From Squalus acanthias (Eukaryota): DNA of 64,000 bases. Positions 36,659 through 48,822 of this stretch are shown here, in pieces (within the stretch, counting starts at the first letter, position 1; each line of letters begins with the position of its first letter). The position numbers and the translations under genes are program-made. The stretch lies in assembly GCA_030390025.1 (NCBI GenBank), contig CM059452.1, forward strand, positions 5,952,001 through 6,016,000, given 5' to 3'. A model generated the notes under the pieces. That model was given only the letters and a program-made list of their open reading frames with translations. It was not told the origin of the DNA and ran no database searches.

Positions 36659-37304
36659 GTTTGCAGAGAGTTGATGACAGATTTGAACAGAACGGGTTAA
36701 ACCTGAAGTATTTTAGTCAAGACTTGGGAAGACGTTGAATGATATCTGGCGTCCCTGCCGATTGGTTCATTCCTGACAGAGTCAAGAGGTGAGATCCAAT
36801 CAGCTCACAGCTCCTTTTTACTCCAATTCTTCCAATCAGCTCACAGCTATTTTGTTCTCCAATTCATCCAATCAGCTCATAACTCCTTTGTTCGTCACTT
36901 CATGACGTCTGTGTTCAAAATGCTCTTGCTCACTGAACAAGCGACTGGGAAGAAATAGAGTGAGAGCGTAATTAAGGGATTATACCGCATCAGAAATAAT
37001 GAGCCGCTTTAATCAGCTATAATCTTGATCTTTGAGAGCCAATAGCTGGCAATCGTGTTTTTATACATGACCAAAAACCTTAAATCTCCTCAATGACCTC
37101 ATTCTAAGGCTTAGGTAATACAATGCGCCAGCAGAGGGCGCCAAACTCAAGAATGATAATTAGAAAGTCATGTGATGCAAACGCCAAGGCCAACAGCAAT
37201 CGAAGCCTGAATGAGGTCACAATGGGGACGCCCCCTGCAGTGTGTGGGTGGAACAATGAGCTGAACAGCCCGGGTTACCGCTCTCCTTCTCAATCTCTGC
37301 CTCA

Positions 37305-37690
37305 TTGAAGCATACAAAATTATTACAGGGCTTGATAGGGTGGATGCTGGGAGAATGTTTCCCTTGGCTGGGGAGTCTAGAACCAGGGGCCACAGCCTCA
37401 GGATAAAGGTTAGGCCATTCAGGACTGAGATGAGAAGAAATTTCTTCACACAGAGGGTGGTGAATCTTTGGAATTCTCTACCCCAGAGGGCTGTGGAGGT
37501 TGGAGTCATTGGGTATATTCAAAACAGAAGTCGATAGATTTCTGACTAGTAAGGGCATCAAAGAATATGGCGATAAGGCCGGTGAATGGAATTGAGGCAG
37601 AAGATCAGTCATGATCTCATTGAATTGCGGAGCAGGCTCGAAGGGCCGAATGGCCTACTCCAGCTGCTATTGCTTATGTTCTTATGTTCA
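37305..37690 (+). mobile_element. CR1 3' fragment
   Basis: GESRTRGHSLRIK..RRNFFTQRVVNLWNSLP and 3' tail. Confidence 0.88.
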
Positions 37691-37709
37691 TTCAATTCCA
37701 AGTCACTGT

Positions 37710-38241
37710 GAGAGATTCAGTCAATTTCTAATAATACTGGCGGCTGTGTTGAACAGTAAGTATTGGATTATATATAAAATAGAGGTTAGCTGGTTGATGC
37801 AAAGAGCGTGTGCAGGGATTTAGTGCAATTACCGATCAGAAATATTCACATGATGGACAGCTGTGTAGATGAAGGGTTACACACTCTCATACAGATAGAC
37901 ACAAGTTTCGATTTAATCTTCTGCTCTTCTCTTCCCCTATGTTCACAGGCGGGCTGTGTGCAGATCCAGTAACTCAGTCTCCGGTGACAATTGCCGTGTC
38001 AACAGGGGGTTCGGTGCAGTTAGATTGTGAAAATACAATCCCGGATATTGACTGCATGCAATGGTATCGGCAGAAATCGGCACAGCCACCAAGCTGGATA
38101 ATTAGCAAAGTGGTAGCACTGAAGGGAGACGAAATCTCAGGACAATATCTGGCAGCTGCTAATACGTCGAGAAAGTACGGTTACCTCAATATAAGCAGCC
38201 TGAGTGTGGAGGACGGAGCGGTCTATTACTGTGCAGTGAGG
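37710..38241 (+). CDS. TCR V segment (V4): open V exon 37949-38241; leader exon ends 37755 but lacks a native ATG; RSS cacagcg-22-acaaaaacc (38242-38279)
   Basis: ..FSQFLIILAAVLN|gtaagt; DPVTQSP..VQLDC..CMQWYRQ..DGAVYYCAVR; may be a pseudogene. Confidence 0.75.
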
Positions 38242-38394
38242 CACAGCGTCAGAAAAAGCAAAGGCCCCGGACAAAAACCTCAGCGAGAATTTACAGCTCC
38301 ATCAAGTGTTCTTTTGTGCTGCTTTCTGTGGGGTTAATTTGATCCCAAACCCACGGAGACTAAAGACAGCCAGGTTTCTATTTCAACGAGTTGT

Positions 38395-38763
38395 ATTTGT
38401 GTCTGTGTCTTTGCCCAAATCAGCGGAGAACCGGTCTGGGAAATCTGGAGACTTCACTCCCTGCCCCGAGCTGTATCTCCTCATTAAATAACTCGGATCT
38501 TCCCCGGGGATACTGGTTGTACCAGAAGAGGTAGAGAAATCTATCGGCTGTGGAGTAACTAGAGCTCAGTATTAAGATCTGTCCTTCCTGAACCGTTAAT
38601 TCAGGTGGATCCTGGGAAAATGAGGCTTCGCCATTGTAACAAAATACTGAATCTGTCAGAAGTCTGGGAGTAAATATAACCCATGAAATACATACGATAT
38701 TTTAAACATAGACTCACCGGGCAGCACGACCATTATTATCAGTAAGAAACATGGGGAGCGCAT
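38395..38763 (-). pseudogene. TCR V pseudogene (V5; V1 family), 3'-truncated
   Basis: Leader MRSPCFLLIIMVVLP; acceptor deleted, Cys to Ser, frameshift, ends in FR3 with no RSS. Confidence 0.85.
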
Positions 38764-38928
38764 GGTGTCTGGTTTAGATGGGAGTCTCCGGCTCTGATAC
38801 CAGAACAACATCAACTATTGGTCACTGGCCCCATCTCACAGACTGACGCTGCTAAAGGGCGAACATTGGCTTTAATCCTCGTGCAGTTCTGAGGAGAACA
38901 ATTTCACTCCGTTCTCTGATCCCCGCTC

Positions 38929-39050
38929 TGACGTCATGAATTGGCGAACAAAGTAGCTGTGAGCTGATTGGTTGAATTGGAAAACAAAGGAGCTGCAAAC
39001 TGATTGGATAAATTGGAGAACAAAGGACCGAGAGCTGATTGGATGTGATC
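38929..39050. promoter_or_regulatory. CRE (tgacgtca) plus three CCAAT-box repeats between divergent V genes; inverted copy at 36790-36910
   Basis: tgacgtca at 38929-38936; three ctgattgg at about 36-bp spacing. Confidence 0.6.
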
Positions 39051-39179
39051 TGCTGACTCTGTCGGGAACGGACCAAACAGCAGAGAGACCGGATATTACT
39101 CAACATCTTCCCAATTCTTGACAAGACAATTTCAGCTTCAAACCGTTCTGTTCAAATCCACCACCAACTCTCTGCAAAC

Positions 39180-39870
39180 ATGTTGGGTGTTACTTTTTAT
39201 TTATTCGTCACAGCTGCAGCTCTCTTAACTGATAAGTTCACAAGTTACACAGCATTGTGTTTCACATCTGTATCATACATTATATTTAATATGTCAGTTC
39301 CCTGAACAGATGAATATCAATAGGTTGATCCGAAGTGAAGAAAACCATCAGGATCCACCTTGACTCAACACTGAACACTGTTTGGGGAAACTCGACAAAC
39401 TCCCTCAGTGAATGAAAGCGGATGAGTTGAGGTGAGATTACAGGCGAATGGCAGACAGACAAGCCCGTCGGCGTCAATGACGGACATTGACAGACACACG
39501 AGTCTTAAACCCACATACCGTTTGGAGTTTTCCCTTCACATCACAAGAGGTGAAGGTGAGGAACTGATCCCGTTGGAAGGTGCTGAAGGTTTATTAAAGG
39601 ATGTTTATTCAGTCGATCCCAGCGCCATCCCGTGAGCATCCCCTGAGCTGTGGGGATATATATTTATGTTCAACTGCCCTGATTTGCTTCACAGTTAAGT
39701 GTTGAGGGTGACGGGCTGATTCTGGTCGGTAAACAGAGTGAAGTGACATTGTTTAATTTAATATCGCTCTGGGCTCTTGCAGGACATGGGCGAGGAGACT
39801 CCGGTTCACAAACACCGGCTGCAACCACAGTAAATGAAGGAGACGATGTTCCGTTGTATTGTAATTATAC
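39180..39870 (+). pseudogene. TCR V (V3-type leader 39180-39231 with GT to AT donor; partial V exon from 39783, cut by a gap)
   Basis: MLGVTFYLFVTAAALLT g|ataagt; GDSGSQTPAATTVNEGDDVPLYCNY then Ns; pairing of this leader and exon is inferred. Confidence 0.6.
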
Positions 39871-40059
39871 NNNNNNNNNNNNNNNNNNNNNNNNNNNNNN
39901 NNNNNNNNNNNNNNNNNNNNNNNNNNNNNNNNNNNNNNNNNNNNNNNNNNNNNNNNNNNNNNNNNNNNNNNNNNNNNNNNNNNNNNNNNNNNNNNNNNNN
40001 NNNNNNNNNNNNNNNNNNNNNNNNNNNNNNNNNNNNNNNNNNNNNNNNNNNNNNNNNNN
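39871..40059. other. Assembly gap
   Basis: Run of N. Confidence 1.
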
Positions 40060-42457
40060 AGTGAAAGACTTTCATAGAGGTAACCAGGCTGCTGACTGAG
40101 AGACAGATGGACAGCGGCCTGTCTGGGCCTCGGTCGCTTGTTCTCCCTGAGCAGGGGGACCAGTTTGTATTCGGGTTCCCACAGTGCGGAGACACAGAGA
40201 AAGGAATCACTGGACACCGGGAAATGCAGGAGGAAAAACATACTGACTGTCTGGAGCCTGTGCACAAAGGTCACGAGCATCTGGCGCCAGTAGAACTGAA
40301 AGGAAATGAAAGTCAGTTGTTGTGAATGTGGGTTGTGAGATGTTGTTTATTTTTCAGTTCAGAAAGGGTTAAATCTGCGAGCGCAAGCTGTCAATTTCCG
40401 AGCTCGAATTCATCTGATTAATGTTTCTGTCGCTGTAAGTGTTGATGTAAAAGGCCGTCAGCATCACCGCAACACAGTTCGCTATAAATGGGCACTGGAA
40501 ACTGCCCATAGATTCACTGACTGTCTGTTTTCACCCAGGATCTCAAAAGTGTAAAAGTTCCCATTATATCCGCCAGAGGGCGCCGTGCTCATATGTTTCT
40601 CGCTGCTTCCTTCGCACTTCGTCCCATGTTATTCATGATATGTCGAAAACCATCAACATTTCAAACCTGTTTATATGTGTGTTGTGTTCCTGGTGTTCAG
40701 TAAAATACCTCCCCTCTCGCTTGTTCTGTCTTGCTTTCACCGTCACAATTTCTCTCCACCGCTCTTATGAATGATTTCCTTATACTGCAAATCTTAAAGC
40801 AACTGCAAAGTGACATTTTTGGTAGTTTTGTAAAGCTGCAGTTTGAAAAAAAATCTCTTATATGCTAAAATATGTAATGGGCGACACACTCAGAGAGACA
40901 GGATTGTAACCCGAGTGAGGAGTTTCTCCCGTGTCACTAACCACTGTTGGACAGCCTGGAGAGATGTATGTTGGACATCTTGGGGAGTTACGGGTTAACA
41001 GTCGAACTTCTTTGTATCTTGGATTAACAAGCTTCCAGGCTTTCCAAGATATGAACAGGATGACTTTGAAGTGTCGTAAAAAGAATGCACTGCTTTGTTT
41101 CTGAGATGTAAAGTGCTTGTGTAAGGGAATAAGTGATAGTAATGACGTCACCCATGAGTGGTTTAGTTTTAGGGTAATAAACATGGTTAGATGGATCCAT
41201 TAGCTACAGAGAGCAGTTGGTACAGTATTTACTTCAAAGATGCTAGCAAATGTCCTGTCAGGAAGTCTTGTTTAAGGGACGTAGTTATGAATTAAACAAA
41301 CAACAAACTGTTTAGATGAATATTCCGTTTTCAAAGGGTCTGGGAATAGATACGTCATACAGGCTTATCTATGACATTGCCCTTGGATGTAGTCAAATTA
41401 TTGTGTATAAAGGATTGTGGTTTTCAACAGTATCTCAGCGTGTACTCGAAAGATACAGAAACCGAAACAGTCACTCTCTGTATACAGTTAAAGGCTGGCC
41501 ACCTTTACTGTGCATCAATAAGGTCTGTTCCGTATACTCCACCACGGAGTCTCGTGCTTACTGGAAACGTGTTGCTGTGAACCACAGGAGAAAGGAGGTT
41601 GACTGCTGACAACCACCATTTCCCTCCCCGTGTGATTAATTTCCGCGCCTCCTGTTAGTTTCAGGCAGACATTAATCTAACGGGTTCAGCAGATATTTAG
41701 GAAAGGGGCTCCTATTCCCTCCGAGCTATTGTCAACACAGTCGGATGATGGCGGTTAGACATTATCTCGAAATGACAATATATCGGTTTGAATGTAGATG
41801 AAGATGTTCAGTTTATTTCACTCACTGTCAGTAATCAGACTGAGGTGGTTGACGGGGGCGGGTTTGATTAATCTTCTGATGGGGACACACAAGGGGAAGA
41901 TTTCCTCTGGTCTCTCTGTGGAATTCTCCTCTGAAATTGTTTTAACGAAATCGCAATCTCATTCTTTTAGAATGCGTTCATTATTTTGTTAGAAATAGCG
42001 ACCAGAGGAAATCTCAACCACAGTTTGGACACCTCGGTGTAAACACGAATGTTACAGGAGAATGAAGTTAATGCTCTCGATGAGTCGTCACACACCAGCA
42101 TAAAATAGACACTCAGTGTGACCGATTCGGCCCCGGTGAATATAATCCCACAATTAAGCAATGCTGAAGTTTTCCTCAGACCAAGGAATGCCCTCACTGA
42201 GTGACGGCTCCATAGGCCGATACTTTATGCTGTGACTGTCAGTATCGCTGATCAAACCCGCTATCAACTGGAAATTATAGAGACAAACCTTGCGGTCACA
42301 CTGCCTGCGGCAGCCCCGCCCACAGCTTCCGTTCGCTGCTCTCGCTCTGACCCGCCTTGCCAGCCCTATGTTTTTGGAGAGATTGCTGCAGCTGTTACGG
42401 GACTGTAAACAGGAGGGAGGTTTTTGTACAGTGACTGCCGCGTTTCCTCTCAGTGTA

Positions 42458-42888
42458 CGGCTGTATCGCACAGTAATACACCGCGGTATCCGCGCTCTCC
42501 GTGCTCTCAATGACCAATTGGCCGCGTTTGTCCGCAGTGGAAAGATCCATTTCAAATCGGTCCCTTCTCTCTTTGCCAGCCGATATTCGCCTTATTACCC
42601 ACTCCAGTCCCTGACTGGATCTCTGTTTGTACCAGTGCATGGCGTAAAAGCTGGACATGTCATAGCTGCAGTTTATCTGCACCGAATCCCCGCTCCGGAC
42701 TGTTATCGCAGCGGGAGACTGCAGCACTCGGTCCGAGAGACATCGACCTGTAAAAACATTCAGATAATAAAACACTGGAGCAACGTGAATAAAACAAACA
42801 CAGCGGGTTATTGAGCACAGCTCCTGTACCTACATGGTAGCAGCACCAGAATAACGAGTGATACATTCACTGGTACCGAGTAATACAT
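42458..42888 (-). pseudogene. TCR V segment (V6): open frame, but heptamer mutated (tacactg-23-acaaaaacc, 42419-42457)
   Basis: Leader MYYSVPVNVSLVILVLLP (42834-42888); exon from 42747 DRVLQSP..INCSY..MHWYKQ..DTAVYYCAIQ; the invariant CAC is lost. Confidence 0.8.
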
Positions 42889-43164
42889 CCTTGTAATTAC
42901 AATGTCAAGAGGAAAGCGGCAGACAGCTCGCATCAGAAGACCCCGAACCGAGTGACGACATTGAACAGGCGGCTGATTAAAGTCAGCACCGCCCAGTTAC
43001 AGTCTCAGTCACGTGGGTTTGCTGTGCTTGGATTGGCTGGAAATAGACATTGTTCACCCGCGGTTCACATCCGGACATGTCAGTTGTCTAATGGCCAGCA
43101 AGTTCCTCTCCTCCTTGTAGAGGGAAGTGAGGTGAACCCCATCCCTTTGTGATTTTGACTCACT

Positions 43165-43485
43165 AAAACACGTACTGTGGAGGCTGCCCAGGGTGCTGAC
43201 TGCACCAGTACACATAAGGGGTAGTAGCGGCTGTTTTCAAGGCGCCGTTTAGTGTGACATTACTTTCCGCTTCAACCGTTATTTCAGGAACCGCCTGTTC
43301 CACTGCGTCTTGCAGGATCGATTCTAATATAAAATAATAGTAATAGTCATCTCCTTCACAATGATCATCAGGATCATTTAACCAATTATCATAGCTGGGT
43401 TACAGCCGTCAGGATTTTAACTGGGGAGGAAATACTTACTGAGAAGTGATATAATGATGAGGAGCGGTGCGAGGCGGTTGCACAT
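43165..43485 (-). pseudogene. TCR V pseudogene (V7), 5' half only
   Basis: Leader MCNRLAPLLIIISLL|gtaagt; QDAVEQ..ESNVTLNG (Cys to Gly)..QHPGQPPQYVF*; paralog of V10. Confidence 0.8.
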
Positions 43486-44235
43486 TCTACAGTCCTGGAA
43501 AACCTCTGTAGGAGCAGAAATACAGATCCCCGCCGCACTGCACTGCTGATCCAACCAATGCCAAAGAAGTAACAGAGGCAATAATCCCTCCGATAACAGA
43601 AGGCGGGTCAGAGCGTGAGCAGCAAACGGAAGCTGTGGGCGGGGCTGCCGCGGGCAGTGTTACTGCAAGCTTTGTCTCCATCATTTCCAGTTGGTAACGG
43701 CCAGAAACATGTGACCACGGCGCCCTCTGGCGGTCACTCTGAGAACTTTGCACTGTCAGGATAATAGTTTGAGTAAGGTGTGAATTTATCTATGGCGAAA
43801 TTTCCAGCGTTCGAGTTTTGGGAGAGGCGGTTCAGACAATTTAATAATTTTTGAATCTCTTTCTTTATGGCTTTCTCTTACCTTTAAGATTTATGTTTCT
43901 CACTCGTTGTTTCTCACTTTCTTTAATTTCTCTTTTCCTCCTTTCCTAATTTGTTGTCCACTACACGTACTATTACATTGATTTGTCTCTTTCTCTCATT
44001 CTTTCATTAGTGCCTTCGCTTTGTTTTCCTCTCTCTGTGTTTCAAAATTTCTTCATTTCAGAATTTCTTTAAATCTCTCTCTTCTATATTTCCTATTATT
44101 TTTCTGTGTTCATTCCCTCTGCCCTCCGATTATTATATCCGGGCCCCTCACAATCCCGTTGCTCCAAACACAGCAGAGCGGCGCTCCCCCTCGGGGCAGG
44201 ATTCTGTGCGGACTCCGCCTGTTTGTTACACTGTG

Positions 44236-44677
44236 GGCTCACGGCGCAGCGATAGGTGGCGCTGTCTGTCACTCGCGCGGCTCTCACAGTCAGGGCACTG
44301 AGTTTATTGCCTCCCCCGATTGAAGCAGTGATCCTCCCGTGTTGATCGGTCCCGCTTGTGGTCATCACCAGGTGCTGGAGGGTCTGATCCGGGTTCTGTT
44401 TGTACCAGCGCACGACGCTAAACGCAGCGATAGTGGTGCAGTTGATGGACACGCTTCCCTCTTCACTTACAACCACCCGTCGAGGGAGCTGCTCCACCTC
44501 ATCTTCACCGCTCACATCCGTGCAGATCAGAGTGTAAATCAGCAGGGAAACTCAGTAAATCCGGAGCATTATCCGATCAGATGAAGAGGAGGCTGAAGGA
44601 ATTGTACACAGAGGTCGTGTTAGGACCAGGACACTGATATTATATTCAGGAGTATAAAAAAGGAGCCAAACTCCCAT
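44236..44677 (-). pseudogene. TCR V (V8): open V exon, but acceptor AG lost, leader degenerate, RSS spacer 21 bp
   Basis: EDEVEQLP..VSINC..WYKQNP..DSATYRCAVS; cacagtg-21-acagaatcc (44199-44235). Confidence 0.72.
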
Positions 44678-45623
44678 TCAAGGCTTCTTCCTGTCGAACT
44701 AACGAAACAAGCTGCATTTCTGGGTTTACACAACCGGGCCGCCCACACTCAGTGTTTCTCACTGACACCAGCTCACACTGTCTCTGAGCTCACACCGGGC
44801 CGCCCACACTCAGTGTTTCTCACAACTGTATCTATCTCCTTCTGTGTATCACTGATTGTACGCAGTCACATTTTTATCTATCTCCCTCTCTTATTGCTCA
44901 CTGTACTCAGTGACACCTTTATCTCTCCCCTTCTGTTGGTGTCTCTCTGTATCACTCACTGCACTCAGTCAAACATTTATCTATCTCCCTCTGTTGGTGT
45001 CTCTCTGTAGCACTATATTCTGTCACACCTTTATCTATCTCTCTCTACTGGTGTCTCCGTGTATTACTGTAGTCTGTGCGAAGATCCCTACCCTGAGAAC
45101 GAAGGTCCCTTTTTTGACCCAGAGGATTTGTGGGACATGAAATTCCCAAACAAAAGCAGCGAGGAAGCCTCATCCATAATAACGTTTAAAACGTAAATAG
45201 GTTAATATTTGATAAAGAAACTCACGTGTACAGTGAAAGAGGTGAAGAATTGGACTAAGTGAACAGTTTGCTCAGAGAAATGTCACAGGTCAAATGTGAT
45301 CGTCATGATTATGGGAGCCAGCTGGGCAAAGTAATCGATATATTGATGACCGATCGAGTTTACCCTGAAGCAGAAGATGTGAGACTGTCACTGACATTAA
45401 CTCTAGCAGATCTCGTATGACTGACAGCGAAACTGACGTGAGAAACCGTGGCCTTCTGTCGCATTGCCTCCTGGCTCCTGTACTATTGCCGGGGTCGCTG
45501 TGAAGTTATACAGAAGCAGAGAGCGCAGTCTCCTGGAGTCTGGGCAAGTTGCAGCCTCCAATAATCACCGCCAGCTCCAATACAGAGTGAGACGGAGCCT
45601 TGAGTAAAGAGTATAAATCAGCC

Positions 45624-46108
45624 ATGGGGGATATTCACCTCTTCCTGCTCTTATTATTCTGTGAGTATTACCCATCTGGTTTTATTAATTCTGCTCTATA
45701 AACTGCTGTTTTCCAATGTCAATGGAGTTGGGAGGAGACTCGTGTGGAGCATAATGACAGGTATAGACCAGTTGGGACGAATGACCTGTTTCTGTGCTGT
45801 ACATTCTGTGTAATTCTTAAATTGTGTCCAAAGATGCTCCGAGTTTGGCCCAGATTTCTCAACCTGTCCGAGAGTTCGCAGTGGAAGGAAATCCCGTCAG
45901 GATCCAGTGAGGGTTCAGCACGACCGACAACACCTGTTGGTACAGCCGACTGGTGAGCGAGGCCCCGGGATACATCCATTGTGGGTTCAAAGGAGAGCGC
46001 CACCAAGGCCGGTTTAAGATCCACACCGACCGGGATCAAAGTCTGAGCGCACTCGGCATCGACCAGACAGAGTTGGCGGATACCGGAATCTATTACTGTG
46101 CCGTGGGC
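45624..46108 (+). pseudogene. TCR V pseudogene (V9); 23-RSS 46109-46147
   Basis: Leader MGDIHLFLLLLF|gtgagt; exon from 45834; first Cys codon is TGA (45908-45910); ends DTGIYYCAVG. Confidence 0.85.
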
Positions 46109-46749
46109 CACAGTGTGCGGGAAAGGCCCCGCTCTCCTACAATATCTCCTCTCTGAGCAAAGTCTTGGTCGATTGGGTGACAGTCAAATCGGTTCCGAAA
46201 TCGACCAGTTCAGGCAAAGGGCGGTGGTCAATCCGCAATTATATTTCTCAATATTAATTAAGGTGAAATTCCTTTTCATTTCACATTTCTGCTCATTAAT
46301 TTTATAATTTCCTTACACTTTTTTTCTATTTCCCACCGCTAGTTTCAGCCATTGGTTTTAACCCACTTCACTGTTGAAGCCTTTGGTAACAATCGCATAA
46401 TATATTAATTCTGCAATTCCTTTCGCCGATCTGCTTGCCCCGAATTTGTAACGAATGTGAAAGTAACGCAGCCCTTATAGAGAGGCAGAGTTGTATAATT
46501 TCCGAACGGGCCATTATTATTGAATTCAGATCCTACGTGTGACAACACTGCCCGCGGCAGCCCCGCCCACAGCTTCCGTTTGCTGCTCTCGCTCTGACCC
46601 GCCTTGCCTGCCCCGTGTTATTGGAGGGATTTCTGCCCCTGTTCCCGCTTTGGCATTGGTTGGATCAGCAGTGCAGTGGGGCGGGGATCTGTATTTCTGT
46701 TCCGACAGAGGATTTCCCGCACTGCAGAGTTACAGACTCAGGGAGCATC

Positions 46750-47214
46750 ATGCGGAACCGTCTCGCACCGCTCCTCATTTTTATATCACTCCTCACTAAG
46801 GATTTCCTTCCCAGTTAAAATCCATTCTCCCCCTGACTGCTGTAACCCAGATATTATTATTGGTAAAATGATGATGAAGATGATAAAGTGATGATTATTT
46901 TATATTAGAATGGAGCCTCCAAGACGCAGTGGAACAGCTGGTTCCCGGAATGACGATTGAAGAGGAAAGTAATGTCACACTAACCTGCACCTTGAAAACA
47001 ACCGCTACTAACCTTTATGTGTTCTGGTACAGTCAGCACCCCAGGCAGCCTCCACAGTACGTGGTTTGTATTATTGCAGGTATAGTAAACTGGAACCCCG
47101 ACTTCACTGACCGGTTCAATTCTACGTTTAATAAAACCAGTAAGATTACCGAGCTAACGATCAGCAACGCCCTAATCTCAGAAACCGCCGTGTATTTCTG
47201 TGCCATGGAGCCCA
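46750..47214 (+). pseudogene. TCR V (V10): open V exon 46909-47214, leader donor mutated (ctaagg); RSS cacactg-24-acaaatacc (47215-47254)
   Basis: MRNRLAPLLIFISLL; QDAVEQ..VTLTC..FWYSQHP..ETAVYFCAMEP. Confidence 0.8.
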
Positions 47215-48384
47215 CACACTGCTGCAGAGATATAGCGGATCCCGCACAAATACCCACACTGAGAGTTCGAGTTAGTGCTCACCAGAGGGCGCTATCACCC
47301 CGATAAACAGAAGCGATAATTCAGCCTCCACAGTGAGAGTCACAGGGAGATTCTTGAAAGGGCATCAGAACACAACACTTAACAAGAAAAGGTGAGGCCC
47401 ACTTGCGGAATTATGTTAGTTTGTGATTTCTACTCCCATTTATAATAAAAAATAACTTCACAATTCCATCTGTGGTGCCTTACCTCCCCTTTTGTCTTTT
47501 GATGCCCTTTCAGTGCCTGCCTGTCCCTTCTCATATCTTGTCTCTACTCTTCACCCATAATCCTGCGAACTTCCTTCTTCCAGTCTTTAGTTTAACGATG
47601 TAAAACCTTTATTCAGAGCCGCTCCAACCCAGCTTCCCATAAACAGGAACTGCAGACAGGTCAATGAATAAACACAGGATTTCTCACCCTGTCCACCGAC
47701 ATCTGAACAGTTCTCAGAATATCCACCAGAGGGCGGCAGGTCACAATATTTACTTTTTGGCTCAGACACCGGGCAGTGAGTTAAATGCTGTTTCTCTCAT
47801 AGTTGTGCAAATGTTGGAATGAATTGAAGATTAATATTTGAAATCCACTTGACACAATGGGCTGGGTCGGTACGTCTGGCAATAATCATTAAAAAAGACA
47901 TCCATCGTATTGTAGGATTGAATTCCGATACCAACCAGTGAGTGGAAGGGTGTGGAAGATGGGGAAAGGAATATTAAAATGTGAATGAAAGACACACCTT
48001 GAGATCTGATTTCTGAAGCTATTAACTGTACCGATGGTGAAGATCGATGTTAAAGGGGCAAAAGAGAAACCGAAACCGCCTGTAGTTTGGTTTTTTTTCT
48101 GCGCCACGTCCTTTTCTAATACGAGTGAAAGTTGTAAGGAATTTTTCCACTCCCTGCTGGTGTTGAGCTCTTGTTATCGAGGACCCGCCCTACACCTCAC
48201 CCTCGGGGCTTTGAACCCGCTCCCGCGCTCTGCTCCCGGCCACTTTAAGCAGATGAGCGATAATTTGCTGAAACGCGCCGATGCGCCGCAGTCTCCGTTC
48301 TCTCTCATTGCAATTCCAAAACTGAAGATTATGGATCTCTAAATTAATTATTCCAGGCCCGAAGTAGGTCACAAATCACCAGAT

Positions 48385-48822
48385 AAAAAGAAAGAAAGCC
48401 TTGCATTTATGTAGCGCCTTTCACGACCTCAGGACGTCCCAAAGCACTTTACAGCCAATGAAGAACTTTTGACGTGTAGTCACTGTTGGAATGTCGGATA
48501 CGCGGCAACCAATTGCGCACAGCAAGCTCCCACAAACAGCAATGTGATAATGACCAGATGAGTTGTTTTTGTTATGTTGATTGAGGGATAAATATTGGCC
48601 AAGACACCGGGGATAATTCCCCTGCTCTGCTTCGAAATAGTGCCACGGGATCTTTGCCGTCCACTTGAGAGAGCAGACTGGGCCTCGGTTTACGTGTCAT
48701 CCAACAGCCAACACCTCGGACAGTGCAGCGCTCCCTCAGCACTGCACTGGAGTGTCAGCCTAGACTTGATCCCACAACCTTCTGACTCACGGGCGCGAGT
48801 GCCAGCACTGAGCCACACAAGA
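48385..48822 (-). mobile_element. SINE (SacSINE1-like)
   Basis: Longest of three homologous copies; (tttc)n tail on the minus strand. Confidence 0.7.

Noticed and set aside
40060-40220. cacagtg at 40180 as the RSS of the gap-interrupted V
   Set aside because: No YYC motif before it and no credible nonamer
40872-41611. Possible solo LTR (TG...CA); ORF containing LYCASIR
   Set aside because: No target-site duplication, second copy, V framework or RSS seen
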